A stretch of 64,000 nt of DNA from Azolla caroliniana (GCA_043228905.1 JBHGNT010000014.1:15252001-15316000), one strand, 5' to 3'. Positions 12,417 through 26,878 are shown, counted from the stretch's first letter. Notes: generated by a model not told the origin, from the sequence alone. Made by a program: numbers and translations.

Positions 12417-12552
12417 AAGTGACGCCAAAATAGCACTGCAGCCTGTATGAGTATGTGGCATGGAAAATGTTTTGCTTGCCAATCCTATCATTCTCTGTGT
12501 TCATGTTCTAATGGGGTTATCGTCACTATTCTACTTGGAGTAATGCTAATAA
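12417..12552 (-). repeat. Degenerate duplicate of the PPR gene 5' end
   Basis: AGTGACGCCAAAATAGCACTGCAGCCTGT...AATGTTTTGCTTGCCA...TGTTCATGT matches 12253-12390. Confidence 0.7.
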
Positions 12553-12620
12553 CCTGTAAACAATTTCTCAAACACAAAAACAATAACCCTAGACCTTTAA
12601 ACTCTTTCGGAATCGTCGAA

Positions 12621-12834
12621 CCTAAACCCTAAATGGCAACAACTTTGTGGAACGATGAAACTAAAAAATCAAAATTATGATCCTTAAACACCAAAGCCTT
12701 TCTGAAACACAGAACCTCAACCCTAAATCCATTTAAAACAGAGAACCCCAAACTGGAAACCTGAAACCGCCAGATCCTAAACCCAAACCCAACCCTATAT
12801 ACTTCCTGCACACAGAACCCAAACCCTAAACCCT
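12621..12834. promoter_or_regulatory. Telo-box (AAACCCTA) cluster at the 5' end of the PPR gene
   Basis: AAACCCTAAA at ~12625, AAACCCTAAACCCTA at 12821 and several variants between them. Confidence 0.5.
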
Positions 12835-13047
12835 ATACATTTTCTGTTCTTCAAATCAAGATGACAGGTAAAAATTAAATGCCAGGCGGATTTCTAATTT
12901 TCCCGGGACAGTTAAAGAATATATCCGGCAACCCAACAGAAGTTACGATGATTATTGAGAGTGAATGTTTTCTTGATAGTAGAAATCGAGGACTTGGGCA
13001 TCGACAAAGAGGCAATTGAATGGTACGAAATGTTGTGTGTAATTAGT

Positions 13048-13266
13048 TAACAATTCGATTGGAAAATACGAACAAAGAAGTAGTATGATTCATTCTATTC
13101 GATTGGAATGGGGGTCCAGGGACAAGCATAATTGCAATATGTCCCCTCTTAAGTCTAACAATTCGATTGGAAAATACGAACAAAGAAGTAGTATGATTCA
13201 TTCTATTCGGATTGGGATGGGGGTCCGGGGACAAGCATAATTGCAATATGTCCCCTCTTAAGTCTA
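13048..13266. repeat. 108-bp direct tandem duplication
   Basis: TAACAATTCGATTGGAAAATACG...GTCCCCTCTTAAGTCTA occurs at 13048 and 13156. Confidence 0.9.
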
Positions 13267-14711
13267 CATTCCTACGGCTTCATGTTTGGCGCTTTCGTAG
13301 GGTACATCCAACACGCAAAAGATAGCAGGAAGAACAAACCAAAAGTCCATTAGGAAAAGAGGGAGGAGAGAGCATGACACTCATTTGAGTCATCATATTC
13401 CTCTTCTTATTACTATGGCAAAAACCTACAATAAAGCTCAGAAAAAACTTGCATAAAATAGAATAGAGTTATTGCAATAGAGTACTAAATGCTAGTAAAA
13501 AAAGAAAGAAAGACAGATATATGGATATTTATATGCCAAGCATTCATTACTACGGAAAAGAGCCCATTGGAAATCAGCTTGAAAACGAGTAAAAACAACG
13601 ACTTTCCCCCATGGCAAATCATGACCTATGTACACCATAGGATTCAAATAACTAACTACTCCATATGACAAGTGGCTACTGAAAATAATTCAGACCATAA
13701 ACTACTCAATATAAATGACATGTGTATAACGAGTACCTACCGAGGATGTCATAAAGATTTGCCACTATGACACGCACTTTATTAAGATCAATATTTGCAA
13801 GGGCGTTGACATCTATTATAAACGATGACTAGATGGATGGGCCCATCAATCTTCTATTAAATTTCCATGAATTTGCTATACTTCATCATAATTGCCTATA
13901 ACCTCATCCATCAAAAGGAAGCTAGGTCAATCACTAAACAGAAAGATGTCACCAACACTGGCTGCGAGCAACTTGCATAGTTGATTTATTACAAGTCATA
14001 TCCACTTGCCTTATATTCACTTCTCTAGCGCCCACTTGCATATGGATTCGACACTGTCACACAACTCTAAATCAATCCTTCATGAGTCAGACATTGTCTT
14101 TTTGGTGCTTCTTACAACCTGGATTCCACTACTCTTCGAACAACTCACAGATTTTGTCAGTAAACCCCTTCTAGCTATAGCTATTGCCATTGCTATTGCC
14201 CACTATGTTTGCCTTTGTCCTCACTATTGACCAGATTCATCAGATTTAAAAATCTCCAGTTATACTTGAAAATAAAAAAACCATCTTTATCTCCAAACAA
14301 GAAAGAGAGAGTCAAGTCCAAAGTAGCAAAATAAATCCTTTCTCAATAAAGCATAACACCCACCACACACCCTATTTATGCATTTAAAAAATGCCATTTG
14401 CTCAGACCTTAGTTGGCCTCGAGCCTCAGACTGCTACCATGCATCTTGACATGAGTAGCAAATAATGTTAAAATGTGTTACTATACAAATCATGTGCTTC
14501 CATCAATTGGTTCCTTTTGAAGCATTCTTTGAATGCAAGATCATAACACTACATAAATATTATAAGAATGTGACTATAGACTCTTAATGAAATACCCGCC
14601 ACATTGCTTCAGCTTTCTGAAGAAGGTAATTTGTTGCCTTCTAGAGAGAGCTCCTGGTAACGAATGAGCTCAGATCTCTCCACAAGAAAAGACAATAATA
14701 TTGTGTCTATC

Positions 14712-17700
14712 TTATTGCGCACTAGTATTTGCTTCTTGCTTGTTGAACTGCTCAAGAAGGCTAGTTGCCTTTCGACGAGCTCTTGCTGTACCAGAGTGAG
14801 AAAGCTCCATGATGGGTTCCTCTACACCAAGTTCTAATGCTGTTATCAAATGGGTTGGATTGGTATGGCTCAATGCTAGAAGAACTGCTGCCGCATTCTC
14901 TTTATTCCGAGGTGAACTACTCTTTATTAAATCCACCAACGCTGGTACCGCACGAGCATTCCCAATGGCTACTCTGCCTTCCTGATGGGTTGCTAGGATT
15001 GCAAGGATAGCTAATGCTTCATCCACCATTCCTGCATTAGAATCCACTAACAATGCCATTAATGGTTCAACAACCCCGGCTCTTATAGCTCTTGGTTTGT
15101 TCCCTTGGTAAATAGATAAATTAAACAACGCAGTGGCAGCATCTTTTCTTCCTCTTGGATTTCCATCTCGAAGCAAGTCCACTAGAGCAGGTATAGCACC
15201 AGAGACGGCCCCTATGGTTACCTTGTTTTCGTCTACCACAGAGAGACTAAAGAGAGTTGCAGCCGCATTTTCCCTTGCTTCCATACTTCCATGTCTCAAA
15301 ACCTCAACAATTGGAACAATGGCACCACTTTGCACAATAGCCCCTTTGTTAGCTTCATGAATGGATAAATTCAGAAGAGCTGTGACTGCATGCTCTTGTG
15401 TTCGGGAATCTTCGGTAGAAAGGAGAATCACTAGATGTGGGATAGCACCAGCTTCAGCAATACACACTCTATTCTCATTATTCTGTTTAGCAAGCGATCT
15501 TAATTCTCCTGCTGCTGCCCTCTGCAAATCTATCTGTCCACTACACAGATGTTGAATTAAGACATATATAGCATTCCTTTCTTTTGAAGATACCTCAGCC
15601 CGATTATGGTTCCCAGACCCGCTAAAACAAGACCTTTTGGGAACTTCAATCCCATTTGCTTCACACCATTGTGCAATGAGACTACGAAGCACGTAGTTTG
15701 GTGTTAAGGCTGTATGTGCAAGGACTTGTCTCGTCTTCGGACAAGTCTTATGGCCTTCCAACCATCTTTGAATGCTTGCCTTCTCATATGTCTGCGGGAA
15801 AATATGGATTGTCAGAAATGGAGACGCAAGATCAAACAATGCAAGATAAAAGACCCGGATGACAAACCTGTCCAGTAGCAACAATGACTGGATCTTTCAT
15901 CAGTTCTAGAGTGATAGGACATCGGAAATCGTTTGGCACAACAGGTGAACCAGGTTTTTCAGGGCAAGCTAAAGCAAGTGCCTCCAGATCCAGAGCTTCT
16001 GCTTCTGTATTTGGCAGTTCAACAAGCATTCTCAACTTTTTTAGTAAGACAGACATTTGCTCTAGGTTGTCATCCACTTCGGAACCTCTCTCTTTGATCA
16101 TACGTTGTAATGCTCGAGCTTCAGCTTTAAGCTCAGGAAGTGTTTTTAGCTGAAGTTTTTCAGCAACCCTTTGCAATGCAGCTGCATCAGAAATCTTCTC
16201 ATCCCTTTTAGACAGCACTAGCATCACATCCATTAGGAGTTCTACATCTTGACTATCTGCCCTTGCTTTCGCTCGTTTGATTTGAGTATGCACAAGTTCA
16301 ATCTACAAACAAACGAAATAACGTGAGACATTTCTTTAGAGCCACGCATGGCTGTCAGATCTTTTATGGATCTTTAGAATGAAATCAAGTTACCTGCTCT
16401 CTAACTTCGTCAGAGACTGTCAGAACATCCCAAGGCATAATATTGAAGGCTTTGTCCATATCTTCAGCAACAGCATGGAATTTGCTCACAATAGCTTCAT
16501 TCTCCAGTACCTAATCATAACAAAAGGTGTCACAAGGAGTAGAATTAAGTCATGGAAAGTGTTTTAAGAGCAGTCCATATTTTTCTTGAAGCAAGAAAGG
16601 TGTTCTTCTGGTTCTAATAATTACTATATTAATTTGGGGAAAATTAGAACGGTTAATCTGAGAGTGCTGTTGAAGTAATGAAGTAATGTTGAAGTAATGT
16701 TGAAGTGCGGTTAATCTGAGAGCGCTGAATATGTTGAAGTAATGTAAGCATGTCTGTGTTTAGACTCTGAAGACTGGGTCAAAGGGAGACCAGCGCTCAG
16801 TTTCCAGAAGAGCAACATGGCCATCAACCATTAGGCATCCAACATCAAACTAAAAAATATGCTAAACATGCTTTTGTCAGTAGAATTTTTATTTCCTATC
16901 ACCCTAGGGTGTTTTCATAGGGAGGTCATCAACACCCTATAATGACATACATATGTCTAAATTTTACACTTCAAAACAGGTGACCATGGTGTATATATTA
17001 GTAGTGTTGTTCAAATATGGAGCATATCTGGGGCTTTATCTTCAAATGTTTGCAAAAATCCTGGTTCACTGCTACCACACGGTACGGAGAATGGTGCAAC
17101 TCTCTGTAGCACTGTTTTATAAACTGCAATCCTTGTGCATATTTCTCAGGATTATTGCATTGATTTCAAGAGCATGATGCATCTCAGGCCAAATTCCGAA
17201 ACATTACAAGTAACCACAGTGCATATATCCCTTCAAATCCATGAGAATGGTAAAAAAAACTCGAGGTTAGTGGTCGGAAAATATTGAAAGGACACAGTGA
17301 ATATATCTCAGGAATTAGTCTTCATCAACATGTGTACCATGACCTAGCATATGAAACAATAATGAGCTGATATACATGTGCCAAGATGCTTGGGGTTTCA
17401 GTTAACTTATTGAGGGCATGGTGCTTCCATGGCAGACCTGGCGATATTGATCCTAGAGGGCAGGCTGTGATGATTAATAACTGACGAACAGTCCCTCTGA
17501 GATTTGCAACTATGTCCTTGTTTCTAATTCCTTGCGATCTGTAACATCCTAAGCTTTAATATTCAAACAATGGGATATGATGATGCCAACATGGCATATC
17601 TCAAGCTTAGGGTCTTCTGAGATCGGTAGCTCAATGGTATTTCATCACTGATGTGATTGTACAAAATTTACCTATCATGTATGAGAGTATGCTGTAGGAT

Positions 17701-18619
17701 GGCATTTCTTGGCATCACAATTCAGAAATATGTTTGCAGCTATGGCTTATAACAGAGTTAATGATCATATCTTGGAGACAGTACAGACTATAAGCCAATG
17801 ACAGAATCCCTTCGACATAAGCACAATCTCTTATTTCAATATAAAACCTGAAATATGCGAGCATTTCCATGGTATCTCCCTGAGAGATGCACCATATGTA
17901 GGGTTTCTGTTTAGATATTGTAAGAAGGGAAGGTATCTAGAGGATCTAGAGTTCAAATGAGAGTTCAGGGTGTCTCTCTCAAAGATTAAGACTTGAATAC
18001 AGGTCGCGTATGTCCAGAAATGTGAGGGCAGGGAGGTCTCTCTCAAGGGTTAAGGTTTGAACTCAAGTCATATCTGCGCTATTTGAGATGGAGCGAGAGA
18101 TGGTTACAGAACAAAATGGGATTTTTTACACGAAAGAAAGGAACGATAAATCTTTCAATGAGAAAGAAAGAAAACATGAGGATACACAAAGAAAATTGAT
18201 TCTGTAAATATGGAAACTAAGGAAAGCTTGATTCTTATAAAACGGGTAGAGAAAGGAGAAACAAGACGAGTATTTTGGACAGAAGAATGTAGAAAATATG
18301 ACTTGAGAATCCTTACCAGGTAAATCTTGCTTCCATCGCGACACAGCCTGAGAAGCTTCTTGGCAGACTGAAACGAATTGTTAAGCAGATCGAAAGCCTC
18401 TGGTAAAGGAGAAGAAGACTGATGCGATTCTTTGACTTCTTCGAAGAATGGGAGCATGAGCTTGACACGGCGAACCAGATTCAGACACTCTCGCCTGTGG
18501 CTGAGCCGGAAGTCAGAGATGAGGGCTATGGCGTTTGCTGATTCGAAAAGGGAGTCGAGGGAGGAGGAGGAGGAGGAGGAGGAGGAGGGGATGATGATGA
18601 TGCGAGATTCGCCATCCAT
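14712..18619 (-). CDS. Plant U-box/ARM E3 ubiquitin ligase (UND + U-box + ARM; PUB13/14/SPL11-like), ~644 aa, 4 exons
   Basis: Exons 18619-18317, 16510-16394, 16302-15868 and 15791-14712 are all GT..AG, phase 0. UND: [20 protein letters not shown]|VLE. U-box: [23 protein letters not shown]|TYE...CPKTRQ.L....[18 protein letters not shown] repeats: [39 protein letters not shown]. Confidence 0.95.
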
Positions 18620-18780
18620 GGCGATCGGAGAGACAGACAGACAGACACAGATAAGTTAGAGAAGAAGAGAGAGAATGTAGAAGGACGGGAAAGAAGACGA
18701 AGGAAGAAGAAGGGGAAAATGGTTTTGAAGACGATGAATTCTGAATATGACAAAGAAAGGAGGGGAGGGGAGGTGGAGAC

Positions 18781-18804
18781 TTAGGGTTAGGGTTAGGGTT
18801 AGGG
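18781..18804 (+). repeat. (TTAGGG)4 in the 5' region of the U-box gene
   Basis: Four perfect TTAGGG copies about 160 bp upstream of the ATG. Confidence 0.9.
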
Positions 18805-18931
18805 AAAAGACAGAGCGGAGGTTATGTCGAGTATTCGTAACGCCTATGCAAGGCAAGGATGGAGAGAGAGAGAGACAGAGAGACAGAGAGAGACAGAGCT
18901 TTGGCGATGGCGATGGCGATGGCAGACAAAC

Positions 18932-18972
<41 letters not shown>

Positions 18973-19047
18973 GTGTGTGTGTTTGAGAGTGAGGCGAAGA
19001 AGAAGAAGAAAGAACGAATGAAGGAAGGAGGAGAAGAGGGTAATTAA

Positions 19048-19840
19048 CTTTTTTTATTTTTTTATTTTTTATTTTTTTATTTTTTTTTATTTTTTTATTT
19101 TTTTATTTTTTTATTTTTTTATTTTTATTTTTATTTGTTTGTTTATTTGTTTGTTTATTTGTTTGTTTGTTTGTTTATCTATTTATTTATTTGTTTGTTT
19201 GTTTATTTGTTTGTTTGTTTATTTGTTTATTTGTTTGTTTGTTTATCTATTTATTTATTTGTTTGTTTATTTATTTGTTTATTTGTTTATTTGTTTATTT
19301 GTTTATTTGTTTATTTGTTTATTTGTTTATTTGTTTATTTGTTTATTTATTTGTTTATTTATTTATTTGTTTATTTATTTATTTGTTTATTTATTTATTT
19401 ATTTGTTTATTTATTTGTTTTATTTATTTATTTATTTGTTTGTTTATTTGTTTGTTTGTTTATTTGTTTATTTATTTGTTTATTTATTTATTTATTTGTT
19501 TGTTTATTTGTTTATTTGTTTATTTATTTATTTATTTATCTACTTAACTACTTATTTCCATTTTTTGTTTATCGACTTCTCTTCTTTTTTTTGCTGTTTT
19601 GTTTTTTATTTATTTACTATTTATCTATTTAATTATTTATTTTATTTATCTGTTTGTCCCTTTGTCTGTTTTTATTGTCTCTCTTTTTCTTTTTCTTTTT
19701 CTTTTTCTTTTTCTTTTTCTTTTTCTTTTTCTTTTTCTTTTTCTTTTTCTTTTTCTTCTTCTTCTTCTTTTCTTCTTCGTCTTTTCTTTTTTCTTTTTCT
19801 TGTTCTTGTTCTTTTTGCTCTCTTTCTCTTCTTTCTTTTA
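19048..19840. repeat. Large compound T-rich microsatellite: (TnA), (TTTA/TTTG)n, (TTTTTC)n
   Basis: About 400 bp of mixed ATTT/GTTT tetramers, then TTTTTC and TTC runs. (TG)n follows at 19.94-20.03 kb. Confidence 0.95.
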
Positions 19841-22800
19841 AAAAAATCAAATTAACAAAAAAAAGGAAGTAGAAAGAAATAGGAAGAAATTCATTTGTGA
19901 AGAAAAAAAGCCATTTCATTCCATTTTCCTGTGTCTTCAGTGTGTGTGTGTGTTGTGTGTGTGTCTTGTGTCTTCCTCTTATGTCTCTTTTGTGTGTGTG
20001 TGTGTGTGTGTATGTATGTGTGTGTCTTGTGTGTGTTGTTTTCTGTATTGGGCACGTATTCGCTTCCCTGCACACCCGCAGCGACCCGCTCCGCATATAC
20101 ATATCGAATCCCACGCGTTTTCTTTTTTCGCTTCATCGGGCCATCAATTCGATTTCTCTTCCCTCCTTGCGTCTCATTTTTCATTCGATGCGATCCTCAG
20201 GCGGCCCATCCTATCGCGTTTTTTTTACTCGCCTTGCATGTTTGTCATCTTTGTGTGGTCTATGCACCTATCTTCATTAACGAAACAAGGGGGTCGAGGG
20301 TAGGATTGCCCACCCAATAGCCCAACAATTTGTTGTGTCCCTTCCTTGATGTTTGTGCTCGAATAGCACGTAGCAGGTAAATCAACTATTGATTCTTCAT
20401 GCCCTTATTTGTTGTGTTCTTAGTTATCCTTTTGGATTTTTACAACTCATCTGTTCTTTTGGAAGGCGTTCCAATCCGTTGGTAGAAGAGTGAGAGGGTG
20501 GGTTAGTGCATTGGAACCCAATGCCACAATAGCCAAGGGGGTTCCCGGACAAAGATTGCAAAGGAGTCAGAAAGGTAGTAAAATTGTGTGAATACCACAA
20601 TTTTAGGTTCTGTTGCATTGATGTGATATGCGAGGTCGACAGTGACCCGACTACCATCCCCTCAACTCTAGCCAAGAGACTTTTGTAATTAGACTATTGA
20701 GGATAACCTACATATGGCAAACTAAGGGACGACCTTGGAACATGATAAACTGGAATAAATAAACTACATGCACGCACATTGCCCTAATTCAGAGGTTGAG
20801 AATTGATGAGTGTCCCACAATATGATGTGAAGCATTTTTGGCCATTTGACAATAATCTCCTACCATCAATTATCACATGCGCCAACCTCACATGAACTTC
20901 TTTGAGTCACATACACACAAAACTTCGACCACTTATCCATGTATATATGGTCCCTATTGGGTGTAGGAGTGCTTCTGTTGTTGCACTCCTTGTTTCATGA
21001 GGCACTTCAATGCATGCATTCAATCCGTGCACTTCATACATAACATATACTTGTGTTCCAATCAAGTTTTACACATCAACACAATACAAAATCGCCAAAT
21101 TGTAATTAACAACGCAATGTAGTCTTCAGTCATGTTTTTTATGTGTTTAATTATTATTTGTATGTTAATTATCAATCTTGGCAGTTGGCCACCATGCACA
21201 TGGTATTAAGTATGTTAGTTATCAAATTCTCTCTCTATGAATGTCTCACTTAGTGGGTTCCACTTCCCATAACGGGTTTCGTGAAATTATACTCAACTTT
21301 TCCTCATTCATATTTTCTTGTCACTCATTGCCACCCCTAATCTGAGTGATCGATCATTGTGAGATTGTCACATTGGGATGGATGAGTTTGAGCACCACAT
21401 TGGTGCCTCTACATATGACCATGTACGTGATGATGTGGGAAAATGAACCCATAAAAAACGTGGGCTAGTGAACAAAGAAAAAGGGAGAAGAAACACATAA
21501 ATATCGTCATCCAAGGCACACAAAAGAAGGACCTCGAGATGCAATCTCCCTCTCTATTGTCTAGAATATACTTATTTGGTGTAATGCCTTGAGTGTGCAA
21601 ATCAAGACCACAAGATCAAAATCTCTCGCCATTTGAGTTTGGAGGGCTTTATGAAACTAAGCAAAATGTGAGTAGTTTCTTCCTCAATTGGCAATTTCTA
21701 TAATTATAAAAATTACACTTGCAAACAACAAAGAGTGATGTTACAAAGCATATCAAGAATGCACAGACAACATTAAACAATCCATGAGCACCAAGTTGTT
21801 GCACAGTCTATGGACGAGGTCCACTCCTATGTTGAGCTTGAAGAGGTCATACCTTCTTCCATTGCAAAGGAAATGTTATGATCATGAAATGCATGATTGA
21901 TGATGATGGCATTATGCTTACATGCCATGGTGTATGTAATGTGCACATGATTAATTCATTATGGACAATGAAGGTAAATGCTTACAAATATGTATTCCTT
22001 CAAACATGCAATAACATGGACATAATCATTGTGAATGACATCTCTCGTTGGAGTCCCACATTAACTTTACATGTGGAAGGCATGATGGAGATACCATTGT
22101 CGTCAATTACTTCGTTGCTTCCCAAGAATCCATGCTTCATAGTCAAATCTTTATTGTTCATCTCTGGCTCCCATAAATTTGAACTGTCATTCACTATCAT
22201 TGAACTTTCACACAATGTAGTGCGCACTTTGTCTAATGCTTAAAAAAATGGCATGTACATGTATTTCAATGGGATGTATAGATATTGAAAAATAGTTGCA
22301 AATGCAACGGAGAAATTAAAACATGTGTTAGGGATAATTGGGTCTTCACACATTCAAACATCTTCAAGAATTTTAGGTAAGAGAACACATGAATATTTAC
22401 ACGGCATACTGTATTCAATGCTTAATAATGAATTTGTAAAACACATTGTGAAAGCATGTGTGAGAGCTGATAATAGCATGCATAGTATGAACCATACGTG
22501 CCATACTTACATTCACATTTGAGTATGTTTCGATCGTTCATGTATGGTAACCACCGTCGAAGTATGGTAAATACCATACTTTTGTATTCATTATTTACTA
22601 CAAGGTAAAAAAGTGAGGAAAAAAAAAATGTCAAGAAAAAAACATAAGTATTTTTCATAACATACATATTCATTTGCAAACGTATGAAAACGAATGTTTG
22701 AGCAGAAGAACGTGAAACGTGAATATTACATTCTATTAGCATGTACCAAGAAAAATGCCATGAGCATGACAACATGTAGGACAAAGGTCAAGAGGAGACC

Positions 22801-25122
22801 ATTGAAATCATGTGGTGGGTTTAGTCAAAATGTGCAAAGCTTTCTACATTCAAAAAGGGAGGCAGAGAAAATGTTTTATCTATGTCAAGAAAGTGCAAAA
22901 GAAATGTTAGGAAGATGATTAGTTTCAGACCAAGGTCAAGAGATGACATTGAACTCTCATAATGAGTTTTGTCAAAATGTGCAAAGCTTTCTACTTTGAA
23001 AATGAGGCATAGAAAAATGATTGATCCCTATGAACTCTCGACATGCAATTCCTCTTTCTTGATGGTCAAAGCTATTAGTAAAATGCATAAAAAAAATATG
23101 TCAACGTGGAAGTTTGGGAAATCTTGAAGGCCAAATGAAATTGGAAATTCAAGATGGAATTGAATTGAACACATACACATATTTGTTGGATGTTTAACCT
23201 CACTCTTGAAAACAACATCCATCATGAATGAACAAGAATTTCGGATAAAACCAATAAACAAGTGTGTGGATGTAGGCAATTATCACACCGTCAAGGTTTA
23301 TTCCATATTAGCCAAAGGAGTCTTAGGATGCGCTCTGGAAATGAAGCAAATCATACGAGTAGAGCTCAACCACAAATTGGTTTCTTCTAGCCAAATAGAT
23401 TTTTGGAGAGCACGCAATACCATAGAACGCCTCCTCACACTACACTAATACATGCCTAACAGAAGGAAGTAAAATATTGGCCAACAAAGACATCTCAAGG
23501 ATTTCACAATCATTATGGAGAGATTAGGTTACCATCCACATATCTATTTGTAGTATGTAACTGGCAAAATACTCTAATAATACCTAAATGCCTCTAATTC
23601 ATTACAATCACGTACCATTTGAAATTTGGTCTAGAACTTTTGTCTACCTTGGGCTTGAGGTTTTACCAGTTAAAAGTTGCACAAACATGTAGTCATGAGT
23701 ATTTCGTGGACACGGAGAATGAGGAAGGCATATTGTGCATTTGAGAATATGTGCAACCAAGAGATTTCAATCATATTTCAACACTCAAGAAGTATGCCTT
23801 TCATCCAAGATTGGCCTTACATATCTTTCTACATGCATGAAATCGAATTTTCTATGGGTAATGAATGTTGAAGTCACATTAGCTTTTTGAGGATTGCATC
23901 GGCTACAAAAAACCCTTCTTTCTCTAAAGGACACCTTGGATATCCTTGTGACCATTTTAAACTCAAACATCCACACCCTAGTGGCAAATGGCTACTTCAT
24001 TTCTATCTATCTACATATAATCAAGTTAAATTTTCAAATAAACCCTCGGTATTATGGAAAACACCCTCATAGTTTGTGAATTTATTCACTCACTCTTGCC
24101 GTAACATTGAAAAGGTAAAGTACTTTTATCTTTTAAAATATAGCTAATAAAATTATTATATGTGTGCCATCATGATTATGCATCAATGTTTAGGCATTAA
24201 TCCAATATGCATCACACTATCATACATGACTTCGTTTGCTAGTTATCGTCCTATTTTGGTTAATTATCATTTTTGTAAAGAGTATTACTTGTGTTCTTTT
24301 GTAACCATAATCCTAGTTCAGTTATCTATTGGGCCAATTTTAACATGATCATTGTGGACAAAATGGTCTCAATAACCACGTCGATCATGCTCATAAACTC
24401 AATTCCACTTGTTCTTATTACACTATACCATGTTGATCCACATAACACAAGCTCATCGTGTTAATCCAATATTGGTATTTAACAATTAATCAATTTTAGT
24501 GTTATAGTTATGGTGTTCAATGATTAGTCACGATAATTATTAGCGAATAAATAGATTTTGCAAATAAATAGTGTCGATCTAACATGTACATTATACTAAA
24601 TTCTAACTTGTTTTTTCCAAAAAACAAAATGCCTTCCATCAGTTATAAACTTTTACACCTTAGAATGTTATATACAAATCACAGAAGGGACTTGATAGTT
24701 CCATTATGTGGAGGCCCATTGACTCTAGAAAGGAAGAGGATGACCATTGTTGGATGAAGGCTAATCATATTGGTTGTTTAGTGTGGCTATAGTGTCACCC
24801 CATATCTCCAACAATACCGTCATTTGGCGCATGGTTTGATTGGAGAAGACATGTCTACAACTCTATTTCCAGAGAGTCCATAGTGTTTTTGGGTTGACAA
24901 ATTCCAACACGACTTGAGCTTTGGCATTGATGGGAGTTGAGTGAATATTGTTGGTGGTGGAAAACTAGATCTCTTGTGCCTTTATCACCAATGCCATCCT
25001 CTTTTGATGTTCGTATATGTTAATTGGGGCTTGCCATGATAACCAACATACATTCCCCCACTTGAATGTTCCTTACACCTGACATAATTGCCATAGGCAA
25101 CCAACCCCCCACCATATTCAAT

Positions 25123-25599
25123 GCATCTCTGGGCAATCCCACAAACGTGTCAGATTGATTCTAGTGCATTGGGGCATGCTACACATTTAGGAGAGCTAAG
25201 GATCCCACGTTGCCACGCTCCAACTGGCAATGACCTATGTATATTAGTCATTGAAACGTGATAATTCGCCTACGTGTTGTTGTTTCCATAATTGTTGCCA
25301 AATTTTGGCAATAGTTGTAAGGGAAACATGATATGCATGTCATATCTTTGTAGCAACCGACGCGTCTCTGGTCAATCCCACGGATGCGTCAGATTGATTC
25401 TATTGCATTGGGGCATGCTACACATTTAGGAGAGCTAATGATCCCACGTTGCCACGCTCCAATCGATGGTGACCTATGTATTAATAGTCATTGAAACGTG
25501 ATAAATTCCCTATGTGTTGTTGTTTCCATAATTGCTGCCAAATTTTGGCAATAGTTGTAAGGGAAACATGATATGTGTGTCATATCTTCGCAGCAACCG
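25123..25599. repeat. 239-bp tandem duplication
   Basis: GGGGCATGCTACACATTTAGGAGAGC at 25171 and 25410. Both copies end in GCAACCG. Confidence 0.9.
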
Positions 25600-26576
25600 G
25601 TTCTCTATTGATTTGAGCAGTTAGGATGTGGAGACCCAATCTGGTTGTCAATTAGAAGAAGGGGATGAAGTTGTTTCCTTGGCCCACATAAGGATCACGT
25701 CACGTCCATTGCAAAGGGTCCCAATTGACCTTACATAGCTATGTGTTTCCATGAGTGCCATTCTGGTTGTACTTTGATCGAATCAAGATCTACGATCCAC
25801 TTATGACCTTTATACGTGAGCACTCGAATTGCCATGTTCGTTGTTGTTGGTTCCTCATTGTCTCGTAGCTCGTGGACTTGGATCATGTAGTCAATGTTTG
25901 CGTTAATAACTTTTTCAACTACATTTAAAAGATAAACTACATGCCTATTTACAAGTTCTTCGTTTCAAACAAGGGTGGATTTGAAATTTATATTGCCCCT
26001 ACCAACAAGGGTACATTTGAAATTGCGCCCCAATTCAAGGGCCATATATAGGTGTTCTTCCTCAGTCGGGAAACTAGCAAGAACATGCCAACAATCAAAG
26101 ATGGGTATAGTTCAATGATATGGTTACACTATCCGCCCTTAAAGGGGCTCACTCAACATGTGAGAGAGCCAGAGCAGATCTCATCCTATAAAATTCCCTC
26201 ACCACCATATTTCTCCAAGTTACTCCTTTGTCATAATGATAGAGATATTCCCCTTCATGATGCCTCTTATGCGATTAACTATGTGCATCTAAAATAACAC
26301 TTTGTTTTTTCACAAAGTCTCCATATAGTTTATTTGGACACTTCCTAACATAATGTTGCAAATATAGGAATAGTCTAAATATCCACATCAAATTACATCT
26401 ACAATTCCTTGTCGAAGTAACTTAGTGATATGTTGTCAAAATCCTTGTGCATGCATATATTGCTCTATGTGCATGATTAAATCTTGGAAATTAATACATA
26501 GAATGGATTATTAACAAATAAAGCTCCTCGATTTACCAAAGAATTGCTAGGAATGATTCATTATTATATTTAATGA

Positions 26577-26878
26577 ATAATACTCAAAATTTATTGTTGG
26601 AAGCATAACTTCATAGAGATAGATAGATAGATAAATTATATTATTGTCTTTGGAGGTCAAATATGACCTATGAGACTAAAAATATTACATTTCACGTTAT
26701 ACGTGTGAGAGTGAGTAGTGACTCTCATAATACTCCTCAAAATTTATTGTTGGAAGCATAACTTCATAGAGATAGATAGATAGATAAATTATATTACCGT
26801 CTTTGGAGGTCAAATATGACCTATGAGACTAAAAATATTATATTTCACGTGATACGTGTGAGAGTGAGTAGTGACTCA
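26577..26878. repeat. ~152-bp tandem duplication spanning the LINE 3' tail and flank
   Basis: CAAAATTTATTGTTGGAAGC...GATAGATAGATAGATAA...GAGAGTGAGTAGTGACTC occurs twice. Confidence 0.9.

Noticed and set aside
14712-15884. 390-aa ORF as a standalone gene
   Set aside because: Its N-terminus reads through intron 3 (15792-15867); it is exon 4 of the U-box gene.
18781-18804. Interstitial telomere or chromosome-fusion scar
   Set aside because: Only four units, located in an SSR-rich gene 5' region.
19135-20320. Long ORFs such as the 238-aa FICLFVYL.. frame
   Set aside because: These are translations of microsatellites that happen to lack stop codons.
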